Assembly: GCF_006345805.1 (NCBI RefSeq)
Contig: NC_042997.1
Location: 81,096,001 to 81,160,000 of the forward strand
DNA length: 64,000 nt
Origin: Octopus sinensis
Taxonomy: Eukaryota
Direction: 5' to 3'
The translations under genes and the position numbers were made by a program. Positions 37,831 through 49,975 of this stretch are shown here, in pieces. Positions within the stretch are counted from its first letter, which is position 1; every line of letters begins with the position of its first letter. The notes beneath the pieces were generated by a model. It made no database searches. It was not told where the DNA came from and worked only from the letters and a program-made list of their open reading frames with translations.

Positions 37831-39990
37831 TGAAGGGATTTGTGGTTTGCCTGCCTTCCTACCTATTAGGACTTTGGTTTTAGCTAGGTTGATTCTAAGG
37901 CCCTTCGATTTTAAGGCCCTTCAATTCTAATCCTTGTTTCCACACTTGAAACTTCTCCTCTAGTTCTGATAGACTCAGTGATTAGAGAAAGGTCATCAGC
38001 ATAGAGGAGATCCCAGGGGCATCCTGTCTGGAATTCCTCCGTTATCGCCTGGAGTACTATGATAAATAGGAGGGGGCTGAGGACTGAACCCTGGTGGACC
38101 CCAACCTCTACTGTGAATTCTTCAGTGTATTTGTTGCCAACCCTCACCTTACTTACAGCGTCCTTGTACATGGCTTGCACAGCTCTCACTAACTATTCAT
38201 CTATCCCTAGTTTTCTCATTGACCACCAGATAAGGGATCGGGGGACCCTGTCAAAGGCTTTCTCCATGTTAATGAAAGCCAAGTACAGAGGTTTATCTTT
38301 GGCTAGATATTTCTCTTGCAACTGTTTTACCAGAAATACGGCATCAGTGGTGCTTTTCCCTGGCATGAAACCAAACTGCATCTCATCCAAGTTGACTCTC
38401 TCCCTAATCAGTTGGGCTATGACCCTCTCTGTAACCTTCATTACCTGATCCAACAGCTTGATACTTCTGTAATTATTTGTATCTAGGGCGTCACCTTTAC
38501 CTTTGTAGCAGTTAACTATTATGCTGCTACACCAGTCATTGGGAATGACTCCTTCATGTATCACCTGATTAACTATATGGGTGACTAGGCTATAGCCGAC
38601 ACTGCCAGATATTTTGAGCATCACTGCAGTAATTCCTGATGGGCCCGGGGCTTTCCCTGTCCTCATACTTCTAATTGCCTTGACTACCAAGGAACTGTCA
38701 ACACGGATAGCTGGTCCCTCTGTTAGGTCGACATTCGGCAGACTCTCTTTATCCCATGTATTTTCTTTATTCAGCAACCTTTCATAGTGGCGTCTCCAGA
38801 CCACTCTCTTTGCAGCCTCATTTAGTGCAACTGAACCATCATCCATGCAAACACATTTCTCTGCTACCACATCATAATTCTCTCTCACACACTGTCTGCA
38901 ACACGAAATACCTCAAGTCTTTCGTCCTCATGGCGCAGAACATTGGCAAATTTTTTCTTATCAGCTTCCCCTCTGGCTAAATACACCTGCCTCCTAGCTT
39001 CCCTTCTGGCAGTCTGATACTCTTCCCTGCTACCACCATTCTTTCAGTCCTTCCAAGCCTGTTTCTTTTGTCTAATAGCCCTGTCAACAATATTGTTCCA
39101 CCACCACGTTATTTTGGGTCTTGAGGGGACTTTGCACCAACCACAGATCTGGTCAGTGGCTCTCAGCAGGTTGTCCCTTAGAAACCTCCAGTTGTCTTCT
39201 ACCCCATGTGAAGCTATATCCCATTCTATTTCGTCAAAGGCTTCAAGTAATATGTCTCTAAATCTCTGTCCATTGGCAGGATCTTTAAGCTTCCAGACCC
39301 TTCTTCTCTATGTTGGTCGTCTTCTGGTCATCCTCTTAGTCCTGATCCTAAAGTCACTAACTACCAGTCTATGTTGTGGGGTACATTCTTCGCCTGGGAA
39401 GGTTTTTGCATTTATAAGCAGCAATCTTTCCCTTTTTCTGGCAAGGATGTAGTCAATTTGGCTAGTATGTCGGCCCAATCGGTAGGTGACTAGGTGGCTG
39501 GTAGGTTTCCTGAAGTTAGTGTTGCAAACCATAAGATCATTCGCATCGCAGAACTCCAGCAGCCTGGTTCCCTCCTCGTTGTGGGAACCATAACCATAGC
39601 CTCCATGTACGCCATGGAAGCCCCCAGCATGTTGTCCAACATGCCCATTGAAGTCACCAGCCACAAAGAGAAGGTCCCTGTCGTTCGTCAACGAGGTAGT
39701 CTGCAATAGGGTGTCATAGAATCGGTCTTTCTGTCCATAGGGTAGCCCTGGCTGAGGGGCATAGGCCGATATAATGGTTGCTAATCCATGATGAAGCACT
39801 AATCTAATCTAAAGTATTCTGTCGCATACTCTGACTACCTCAATTACCTTATCTACCCATTTTTCAGCGAGAAGTATACCCACGCCCCCAACCCCGTCAG
39901 TGTTCCCAGCCCAGAAAATCTTGTACCTGTGTTCTTTGCCTCTCGCTTTGAGGCCGCGACCTGTTCACTGACAAAGCTTCGTGCTGCATC
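37831..39990 (-). mobile_element. RTE-clade LINE fragment: APE endonuclease through RT YADD
   Basis: ORF 39308-39799 SAYAP..GDFNGHVG..SQIDYIL..QHRLVV; ORF 38193-38888 GKAPGPSG..NYRSIKLL..EKAFDRVPR; ORF 37911-38189 VHQGSVLSPLL..LYADD. Confidence 0.93.
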
Positions 39991-40007
39991 TCTCTCTCTC
40001 TCTCTCT

Positions 40008-40058
<51 letters not shown>

Positions 40059-40488
40059 CCAAATCAATCAGGTGCAACCCTTCAGTGTTATATTCATCTA
40101 CATGTCGTACTTTGCGGTCTTATTTATCGTATATTTTTATTATTTATAGATAAATATACAAAGTATCTGATAAAAGTATATATTAATTCAATTTTGTGGG
40201 GATTAATTGATATGCAGGTATTCTATTTCCAATAATACAAAAATAACCTAATGAGTATATCTTACAGTAAACTCATGGTATCAGTTTGTACCTCACGAAA
40301 TAATACTTAAAGGATATAACCAAAATTACCATCAGAGTATATAATACACTTCATTAATTATATTGTACTTTAGTTAATACTTATAATTATTAAATATGAA
40401 GGAAATACACATGTTTCAGTATTGGAAGATTACAATATATATAGATATACACAACTGTATACCCATATATATATATATATATATATAT

Positions 40489-40578
40489 ATCTATAAAATA
40501 ATATGTTACATTACTCGATAGTCAAGATAAAACTCTGAGTTTCAGATGCCGAGTAATGCAACATATTATTTTATAGAT
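40489..40578. repeat. 29-bp inverted repeat with 32-nt loop
   Basis: atctataaaataatatgttacattactcg / cgagtaatgcaacatattattttatagat, 1 mismatch. Confidence 0.85.
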
Positions 40579-40667
40579 AAATTTCCTCTATTTACATAAT
40601 ATTGAGGTCTCTTTCTTTCTTTTGTTATCTTACCGTTTTACCATATATATATATATATATATATATA

Positions 40668-43600
40668 TAACGAGTACAGTGAAGAATTCCGGGTAGAGGT
40701 TGGGGTCCACCAAGGTTCAGTCCTCAGTCCCCTCCTATTTATCATAGTCCTCCAGGCAATAACGGAGGAATTCAAGACAGGTTGCCCCTGGGAGCTCCTC
40801 TATGCTGATGACCTTGCTCTAATTGCTGAGTCACTATCAGAACTGGAGGAGAAGTTTCAGATGTGGAAACAAGGATTAGAATCGAAGGGCCTTAGAATCA
40901 ACCTAGCCAAAACCAAAGTCCTAATAAGTAGGAAGGTAGATCAATCACATACGCCTTCAGGTAGATGGCCCTGCTCGATCTGTAAAAAAGGTGTTGTAGT
41001 AGAAACTCTATAAGATGCACCAAGTGTAAGCTATGGACACATAAGAGGTGCAGCAATGTCAAAGGAAGGCTAACTAGGAAAATAGTTTTTGTCTGTGGCA
41101 AATGCTCAGGAGCAATAAACACTGGAAATGTGCAGAGACCAACTTCTGCCACGTTCCAGGGAGACAAACTAGAAGTAGTTGATAGCTTCCGCTACCTAGG
41201 AGACCAAGTCAGTAGCGGGGGTGGGTGTGCTGAAAGTGTAACTGCTAGAGTAAGAATAGCCTGGGCAAAGTTTAGAGAGCTCTTACCCCTGCTAGTGACA
41301 AAAGGCCTCTCGCTCAGAGTAAAAGGCAGACTGTATGATGCATGTGTACGTACAGCCATGCTACATGGTAGTGAAACATGGGCCGTGACTGCTGAGGATA
41401 TGCGTAAGCTCGCAAGAAATGAAGCCAGTATGCTCCGATGGATGTGTAATGTCAGTGTTCATAATCGTCAGAGTGTAAGTTCCTTGAGAGAAAAGTTGAA
41501 CCTAAGAAGCGTCAGTTGTGGTGTGCAAGAGAGACGTTTGCGCTGGTATGGTCATGTGATGAGAATGGCTGAAGAAGATAGTTGTGTGCAAAAGTGCTAC
41601 ACCCTAGCAGTTGAGGGAACCTGTGGAAGAGGTAGACCCAGGAAAACCTGGGACGAGGTGGTGAAGCACGACCTTCGAACTTTAGGTCTCACTAAGGAAA
41701 TGTCTAGAGACCGAGACCTATGGAAGTATGCTGTGCGTGAGAAGACCCGGCAAGACTAGTCAGGCCATAACCCGTGGCCCCTACCTGGGACATAGTCAGT
41801 CCTTCTGTGCATACCTTCCTTCTTGTGACACTTATGAAGACCTGTTGAGGCAAGTGAAAATCAAATCAAAACAAATCAAAATAGATGAACATCAGTGGAA
41901 TTGTATTCTTTGTGGTACCAGTGCCGGTGGCACACAAGAAAACCACCCAAACGTGGCTGTAGCCAGTACCGCATCGACTGGCCTCCGTGCTGTGGGCACA
42001 ACAAACACCATCCGATCGTGGCCGTTCGCCAGCCTCATCTGGCACCTGTGTCGGTGGCACATAAAGACACCATCCGAAGACCCGGCGACGTAGTCAGTCT
42101 ACCTGTGCATACCTTCCCTCTTATGACACTTGTGAAGACCTGTTGAGGCAAGTGTGTGACACTTGTGAAGACCTGTTGAGGCAAGTGTGTGACACTTGTG
42201 AAGACCTGTTGAGGCAGAGGCAAGTGTGTGACACTTGTGGAGACCTGTTGAGGCAAGTGTGTGACACTTGTGAAGACCTGTTGAGGCAAGTGAAAATCAA
42301 ACCAAATCAAAATAGATGAACATCAATGGAATTTGTATCTTTGTGGTTCCAGTACCGGTGGCACACAAGAAAACCATCCGAACGTGGCCGTAGCCAGTAC
42401 CGCATCGACTGGCCTCCGTGCTGTGGGCACAACAAACACCATCTGATCGTGGCCGTTCGCCAGCCTCATCTGGCACCTGTGTCGGTGGCACATAAAAACA
42501 CCATCCGAAGACCCGGCGACGTAGTCAGTCCACCTGTGCATACCTTCCTACTTATGACACTTGTGAAGACCTGTTGAGGCAAGTGTGTGACACCTACTTA
42601 TGACACTTGTGAAGACCTGTTGAGGCAAGTGTGTGACACTTGTGTAGACCTGTTGAGGCAAGTGAAAATCAATCAAATCAAATCAAATCAAACCAATCAA
42701 AATAGATGAACATCAATGGAATTTGTATCTTTGTGGTACCAGTACCGGTGGCACACAAGAAAACCATCCGAACGTGGCCGTAGCCAGTACCGCATCGACT
42801 GGCCTCTGTGACGTGGGCACATAACAAACACCATCCGATCGTGGCCGTTCGCCAGCCTCATCTGGCACCTGTGTCGGTGGCACATAAAAACACCAACCGA
42901 AGACCCGGCAAGACTAGTCAGGCCATAACCCGTGGCCCCTACTTGGGACGTAGTCAGTCCACCTGTGCATACCTTCCTTCCTTCCTGTGACACTTGTGAA
43001 GACCTGTTGAGGCAAGTGAAAATCAAATCAAATCAAATCAAAATAGATGAACATCAATGGAATTTGTATCTTTGTGGTACCAGTGCCGGTGGCACACAAG
43101 AAAACCATCCGAACGTGGCCGTAGCCAGTACCGCATCGACTGGCCTCCGTGCTGTGGGCACGTAACAAACACCATCCGATCGTGGCCGTTCGCCAGCCTC
43201 ATCTGGCACCTGTGTCGGTGGCACATAAAAACACCATCCGAAGACCCGGCAAGACTAGTCAGGCCATAACCCATGGCCCCTACCTGGGACGTAGTCAGTC
43301 CACCTGTGCATACCTTCCTTCTTGTGACACTTGTGAAGACCTGTTGAGGCAAGTGAAAATCAAATCAAAACAAATCAAAATAGATGAACATCAATGGAAT
43401 TTGTATCTTTGTGGTACCAGTGCCGGTGGCACACAAGAAAATCATCCGAACGTGGCCGTAGCCAGTACCGCATAGACTGGCCTCCGTGCTTTGGGGATGT
43501 AACAAACACCATCCGATCGTGGCCGTCCGCCAGCCTCATCTGGCACCTGTGTCGGTGGCACATAAAAAACACATCCGAGCGTGGCCGTCTGCCAGCCTCG

Positions 43601-43863
43601 TCTGGCACCTGTGTCGGTGGCACATAAAAACACCATCCGAGCGTGGCCGTTCGCCAGCCTCGTCTGGCACCTGTGTCGGTGGCACATAAAATCACCCACT
43701 ACACTCTCGGAGTGGTTGGCGTTAGGAAGGGCATCCAGCTGTAGAAACACTGCCAGATCTGACTGGCCTGGTGCAGCCTTCGGGCTCCCCAGACCCCAGT
43801 TGAACCGTCCAACCCATGCTAGCATGGAAAACGGACGCTAAATGATGATGATGATGATGATGA
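40668..43863 (+). mobile_element. Young 5'-truncated RTE LINE with tandemly amplified 3' UTR and (GAT)n tail
   Basis: NEYSEEFRVEVGVHQGS..LYADD; PHD with a 2-nt frameshift; uninterrupted 209-aa C-terminal ORF 41130-41759 (FRYLG..RLRWYGH..GRGRPRKTW). Confidence 0.95.
41745..43690 (+). repeat. Higher-order tandem array of the LINE ORF end and 3' UTR (5 units of ~340-430 bp; 33-bp and ~60-bp subrepeats)
   Basis: atagatgaacatca at ~41881, 42312, 42702, 43043 and 43380. Confidence 0.92.
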
Positions 43864-44345
43864 TATACATATATAAATACTTATATACAATCGTCAGATT
43901 TACACTCATCTTCAGGTTTTATTTCAAAATATTATAAATCTAATTTTACATCCCTTTAAAAATAAGCAATACAATTAAGCATTAAAGATTAAAAATTAAG
44001 AATTAAAATTATACTTTGTAATATTAAGAATTAAAATTTATAAATTATACATTATAAATATGAATTAGTAAATATATATCAATCATGTAAAATCAAGTAT
44101 ATGTCAAATACAGAAAGTGAGATATAAGATTAAACATCAGAATAAAAATGTCTGTGTTTAAATGTAATATATAACAAGAAAAATTCAAATACATATCTTC
44201 CTTTTTTTGCTGGTACTAAAATGGTGATTTGAGGAAGAAGATAACATGGAACTATAGGTGATTAGTACCAAAATGGGTAATTACACTATACATAGTTTTA
44301 ATTTTAAAGTATCCTTTATTATTATTTTCAAATTTACCTATATTG

Positions 44346-44704
44346 GGAGGTATATATAATTTGTTATTAAATAATTTTAGTAATATTTAATTCATATATT
44401 TATTTTATTTAAATTATTGCATTATTTTTTTATTTTTTATTTATTTAAAAAAAATTTATTTATGTAGTCTATTCAAGTGCTTTAGAAATAAAATTATGTG
44501 GTTATTTGATTCAGGAGTTGGGGGTTCAGTACTTCATTTGACTAAATGTAAAATTACTTTGGTGCTTACATTTAACAATACACTATATAAATAAATTTTT
44601 TTTGAATATATAAAAAATTAAAAAATAATGAAATAATTTAAATAAAATAAATATCTGAATTAAATATTACTAAAATTATATAATAACAAATTATATATAC
44701 CTCC
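44346..44704. mobile_element. AT-rich foldback/MITE-like element
   Basis: ggaggtatatataatttgttatta.. / ..taataacaaattatatatacctcc; arms ~120 bp. Confidence 0.7.
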
Positions 44705-44922
44705 TGAAACACTGCAAGCTATTCAAAAATACAGTAATCACAGCATTAAAATCAGAAGGTGAAATAAAAAATGTAATGTGGAATGTGGTATGCAAACTAC
44801 TGGTGACCCTTGAAGACATAAAAGGAAATGCAGAAAAGGACAAATTCATAACAGAAATGAAAAGGATACTGTAGACAAGAAAAGGAAATAGGGACTGGAC
44901 TGATGCAAAACGAAACTAAGAT

Positions 44923-45855
44923 ATGAACCTATTCTCAATTTGTGATGACGTACAGAGGGTAGTAATACCTGAAACATTGCAAAAGAAAATGTTGAGGCAA
45001 TTCCATGCTAGACATCCTGGTATTTCAAGAATAAAAGCTTTAATGCATAGCTACGTATACTGGTCAAAAATGGATAGAGAAATCGAAAATTTAGCAAAAG
45101 GTAGCAGAGGATGTGCGCTAGTGACAAAATTACCAACAATGAAAAGTGAACCTTGGCCAAAAGTAGATGTTCCATGGTCGAGATTTCATATCAGTTTTGC
45201 TGGTTCCTTAAGTGGTTCATACTACTTAGTGGTAGTAGATAGTTTCTCTAAATGGTCTAAAATTTGTAAGAGTAAAAAGCCAATCTCCTCAAATGCGACA
45301 GATTTTCTACACAAGCTGTTTGCAAGATTTAGCGTCCCAGATGCAATAGTGTCTGACAATGGAATGCAATTTGCATCTTTTGAGTTTAAAAAGTTTTCTA
45401 AAACGTTCATTTTAAAACATATAACTATGGTGCCATGCCATCCCAGATCTAATGAACATGCAGAGTACTTTGTTGATACGTTCAAGAGAACCCTAAGAAA
45501 GTTGAATAAGGAAGTCACGGAAGAGGTAACTCTACAACAATTCTTAAGAGTATACCATGTGACAGAAAATCCAAATACACCAGCAGGTATTTCATCAGCA
45601 GGTGTGCCACCAGCAGAGCTGATGTTTGTGAGGAAAATAAAATCAGTCTTCAACAAATTACTACCTGGTAAGAAAAGAAAAATTGAATTGGATAATACAG
45701 CAAGATATTTCAAAACTGGTGAAAATGTATTTGTTAGGGCATATAAGAACAGAAAACAAAGTTGGGAAGATGGAATGATTACCAAATGCATAAGGAAAAT
45801 GCTATACTTGGTAAAAAGTAGAAAAGGTGTATACAAGAGACATGGAACCAACTGA
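44923..45855 (+). pseudogene. Ty3/Gypsy integrase (zinc-finger remnant, DD35E core)
   Basis: HARHPG..GC; YYLVVVDSFSKW, IVSDNG and NEHAEYFVDTFK with exactly 35 aa between the second D and E. Confidence 0.88.
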
Positions 45856-46136
45856 AAAAAAAGATTCGTTGAGAGCAAACCCAAGAAAATGAAAGAACCA
45901 ATGGAATGGTTATATGGTACTTTTCAAGGACCTACTCCACTACGAATAACTGAACTCAGATGCACAAGTGAAAGAAAAAGAAAATGTATGGAATTCCTGG
46001 AATTGGATGCCAAATGAAAAAATATTAAATCAGTAAACGTTTGGAAAAAATAACTCAAAAAAGGAAGATGGGGTGATGTAAAAATTATTGCTAATAAGAG
46101 AAATAAAATTACACAGTCTAAGAAAAAGAAAAACTT

Positions 46137-46346
46137 AAAAGGGGAGATGTTATGGGTATAATAGTAATAATGGAATACCCCTCCCATGTGATGAGTGCTA
46201 TGTGCTAGTCAGTACAAATACTGTGATGTAGGGAGCTGAGTGAGTGTCAGTCAAGTAGACGGTCATTAGATAGTCGTGTCTTACCTCTCTAACTATACTG
46301 CTATACCAGAGTGGACGCTATAACAGTCCAACATTGGATCATAACA
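46137..46346 (+). mobile_element. Polypurine tract and ~199-bp 3' LTR of the Gypsy remnant
   Basis: aaaaggggaga PPT directly followed by tgttatg (46148); inverted end cataaca at 46340-46346. Confidence 0.7.
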
Positions 46347-46451
46347 ATAATAAGCCTTCAAAAGAGTAAAAAAGAGAGAGAGAAAGACAGAAAAAAGGAA
46401 AATGTCCCTTGTAGTTGAAAACTATGGAAATATTTTTAAAAACATTTCATT

Positions 46452-46830
46452 CGCTTGAATGTTTTTTCATGTGCCACCAGCACAAGTGCCAGTAAGGCAA
46501 TGCAGGTAACGATCACACTTGAATGGTGCTTTTTACGTGCCCATCAGCATGGAGGCCAACTTGTTGCTCTGGCAACAATCACACTCGTATGGTACTCTTA
46601 GCGCTCCACTAGCACAGATGCCAATCATCGGATTTGATTTCAATTTCGATTTCACTTGCCTCAACAGGTCTTCACAAGCAGAGTTTAGTGTCCAATGAAG
46701 GAAAGGTACGCATAAATGGGCTGGTTACACCTCTGGCATAGGCCACAAGATTATTTTCTCACTTGAGCTTGCTGAGTCTTCTGAAGTACAGCATATTTCC
46801 AAAGGTCCAGGTCACTAGTTATTGCCTCAG
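46452..46830 (-). mobile_element. RTE LINE ORF end plus 3' UTR fragment
   Basis: Reverse complement of ..ctcactgaggcaataactagtgacctggacctttggaaatatgctg.. Confidence 0.8.
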
Positions 46831-46868
46831 TGAGGCCCAGTATATATATATATATATATATATATATA

Positions 46869-48119
46869 CGAAGAGATACCCAAAAGAAACTGGAATTTTG
46901 CAATATTATTTTATTCACTTAGTTTTACATGTTTACCTTTTTATCGCCTTCAAAGTATTCTCCATTTGAAGCAGTGCATCAGTTCTGATGATTTTCCACT
47001 ATTTGAAGCAGTGCTGGAACTCTTGTAAAGTGATGCCTTTTAACGCTTCCGTCATTTTTTTCTTCACCACTTCCAAATCTGCGAAATATTTTCCTTTAAG
47101 GACAATTTTCATTCAGAGGAACAAAAGAAGCTGCAAGAACAAGATCAGGTGAATAGAGAGTGTGGGTAAGTGGGATCATGCCATTTTTGGTCAAAAACTC
47201 TCTCTCACACTCAAAGCGGCATGCACAGGAGTATTGTTGTGATGAAACCACCACTCTACACTATGTTGTCTCACTGTGTCTTACAAACGCTTCAGAACTT
47301 CCAAGTAAAATGTCTGTGTGGACAAATTCTTTTGCATTAATGAAACAAATCAGCATCGTCTTTACATTGGACTTCACTCGACATGCTTTTTTGGGATGTG
47401 GTGATATTAAATGCTTCCATTGACTTGAATACTGCTTCGTTTCTGGGTCATAGCCATAGCACCAGCTTTTGATACCAGTGATGACCTTCGAAAAAAGGTC
47501 CAGATCAACTTCCAGCTCTTCTTTCAGTTCACAACATGCATTCAGTCTTGACTGCTTTTGATCTTCCATGAGCAAGCAAGGCACAAATTTTGCTGCAACT
47601 TTTTGCATTCGCAATTCCTCACTCAAAATTCATTGGCAGGAGCGCCAGGACACACCAGTCATATCAACAAGTTCGTCAATTGTTGTGACAGTCCTTCAAG
47701 ATCAGTTCCTGAATTTTTGCGATGATTTCATTTGTTTGGGAGGTTAACAGTCACCTTGAATGAGGTTGGTCTTTAAGTGACAAGTGACCATTTCTAAAAG
47801 TATGGAAACCACTCACATTTGTGTTTTGCTCATGGCTCTGTCCTTTTAAGCTATTTTGAAGCATGACAACTGTTTCAGTCACCGTTTTCCTCAACCTAAA
47901 ACAGAATTTCATGGAAGCACACTGTTTCTTCATTTCAGCCATCACAAAAATCAATGAACAAGCAAGAAGCACTGCAAAACAATGATGCATCACTGGATGA
48001 CACTAGTCGGTAGACTGATGCCTGAGGGTCACATCAAGTGGCTTCTAGCAGCAAAAGTCTGAACTACAACTGGCTTGCTCAACAGATAACGTTTCCAGTT
48101 ACTTTTGGGTACCTCTTCA
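46869..48119 (-). mobile_element. Full-span mariner element (1251 bp) with degraded transposase
   Basis: TIRs cgaagagatacccaaaagaaactggaa / ttccagttacttttgggtacctcttca flanked by TA; QCASMKFCFRL, WCYGYDPETKQ, FHHNNTPVH, YSPDL, NGEYFEGD. Confidence 0.9.
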
Positions 48120-48540
48120 TATATATATAAAACAAAGTATAAATAATGGTCGTCGTCATCATTTAGTGTCCATTGTCCATGCTGGCATGGGTTGGACGGT
48201 TTGACTAGGCTGGCATGCTGGAAGGCTGTGCCAGAATCCAGTCTGATTTAGCTTGGTTTTCTACAGCTGGATACCCTTAGTTGTTTCCAGTAGTCATTGT
48301 AGGTTCATTACAGATAGGTCTCTCAATTGGTCCATTGATCAGTTGAGAAAAGTTGAACAACCTAAAAGATTAATACTACTTTCATCAGATCCATTTCTGG
48401 TTATAATCTCAGACCTTACCATAAGAGATTTTTACTAATCTAAACAATATTGTTAGCCTGATGGGCCAACAGAGAGCTTATGAAATATTTTTCCCAGATT
48501 GATAATCTCTCACCAATAACTTTATATGTATTTTTACATT

Positions 48541-48893
48541 TTTCAAGCATTTGACTGTGGCCATATTAGACTACTGCCTTAAAGGATTCTAGCCACAGCA
48601 ACCAGCCCCAGGTCATTCATTGTAAGCCTAGTACTTATTCCATCAGTCTCTTTTGCCGAACCACTAAGTTACAGGGACATAAACGCACCAACATTGGTGG
48701 GGGGGGGGACAAAGACAAGCATACATAGATATATACACATATAAACGATAGGCTTCTACCAAATCCACTCATAAGGCTTTGGTCAACCCAAGGCTATAGT
48801 AGAAGATACTTGCCCAAGGTGTCATGCAGTGGGACTGAATCCAGAATCATGTGGTTTGGAAGCAAGCTTCTTACTACACAGCCATGCCTGCAC
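48541..48893 (-). mobile_element. CORE-SINE
   Basis: Collinear with 14551-15026. Confidence 0.8.
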
Positions 48894-49320
48894 CTATATA
48901 TATACATATATATAAATATATATATAATAATGGTGGTGGTCTATTCCATATGCAGAGTCTGTCCACCTTCTGTACCTACACCTTAGAACCATCATGGCGT
49001 CTGATGTGGCTTTTAAAACCAGACAATGTTTTAAAAAGACACCCACATAAATTGCATATCTGATTTGGACCACCAAGAGCTGCAGTTAAGTTCTGATCTT
49101 TGTGGATCTTAAAATGTCTTTTGAGGCCTCCATTAAATTTGAAGACCTTATGGCATACATGGCATTGAAAGACATATAGGTAGAATAGCTGGTGGAAATT
49201 CGTTTTTCATATATATGTATGTATATATATATATATATATCATCATCATCATCATCATTATCATCATCAATAAATCACAAATCCGAAAGAGAAACACACT
49301 CTAAGTTATACAGCAGTAGA

Positions 49321-49590
49321 GTATTTAGAGAATGTTAGTTATGCCTGGTTCATAGGCTTACCCAGAGTTTCACATCCATAAAGTGCTTAGCTTTACACAC
49401 GTCTCATCAGACACGTCTCATCAAACTTTCATGGCCCGTGTCTCATCAAGCCCTAATGGCCAGTGGCCATTAGGGCTTGATGAGACATGGGCCATGAAAG
49501 TTTGATGAGAGATTTTTAAAGATAAGTGCTTTATGGATGCGCAGCCCTGTGTAACCCTATGAACTGCCATAACTAACATTCACTAAATAC
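49321..49590. mobile_element. 270-bp palindromic foldback element with 1-nt spacer
   Basis: Centre ..ctaatggcca g tggccattag.. at 49463; outer gtatttag / ctaaatac. Confidence 0.9.
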
Positions 49591-49649
49591 ACACACACAC
49601 ACACACTCACACACACTCACACACACTCACACACACACACACCTCTTAC

Positions 49650-49975
49650 CTTTTATATGTGTCAGTTGCTAGTCTTGCTGGGGCACTGCTTTGAAGAATT
49701 TTAGTCAAATGAATGGACCGCTGTTCTTATTTTTTTAAAGCCTGGTATTTATTCTATCAGTCTCTTTTGTGGAACCACTAAGTAATGGGGGGTGTAAACA
49801 AATCAACACACATACATATATATTCAACAGGCTTATTTCAGTTTCTGTCCACTAAATCCACTTACAAAGCTTTGGTTGCTCCAGACTATAGTAGAATATA
49901 CTTGCCTCGGTGTCACACAGTGAGGTTAAACCCAGAACCATATGGTTGAGAAACAAACTCTTTACCACACAGCTA
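49650..49975 (-). mobile_element. Degraded CORE-SINE
   Basis: tagtagaatatacttgcc..cccagaaccatatggttg..ttaccacacagcta. Confidence 0.7.

Noticed and set aside
37831-41760. Single twin-primed (5'-inverted) LINE insertion
   Set aside because: The geometry fits, but the ~270-bp overlap differs at a subfamily-diagnostic segment (ggcaggcaaaccacaaatccc vs ggtagatcaatcacatacgcc) and ~670 bp of unrelated DNA intervenes; two independent insertions are more likely.
42125-42292. 33-bp repeats as a CRISPR array
   Set aside because: The repeats are contiguous with no unique spacers, lie in a LINE 3' UTR in a eukaryotic context, and there are no cas genes.
44346-45855. Integrase plus upstream inverted repeat as an autonomous Ginger element
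   Set aside because: The integrase is followed by a PPT and an LTR, so it is an LTR retrotransposon; the hairpin does not flank the ORF.
45222-45884. 220-aa minus-strand ORF
   Set aside because: Antisense shadow of the integrase ORF with no recognisable motifs.
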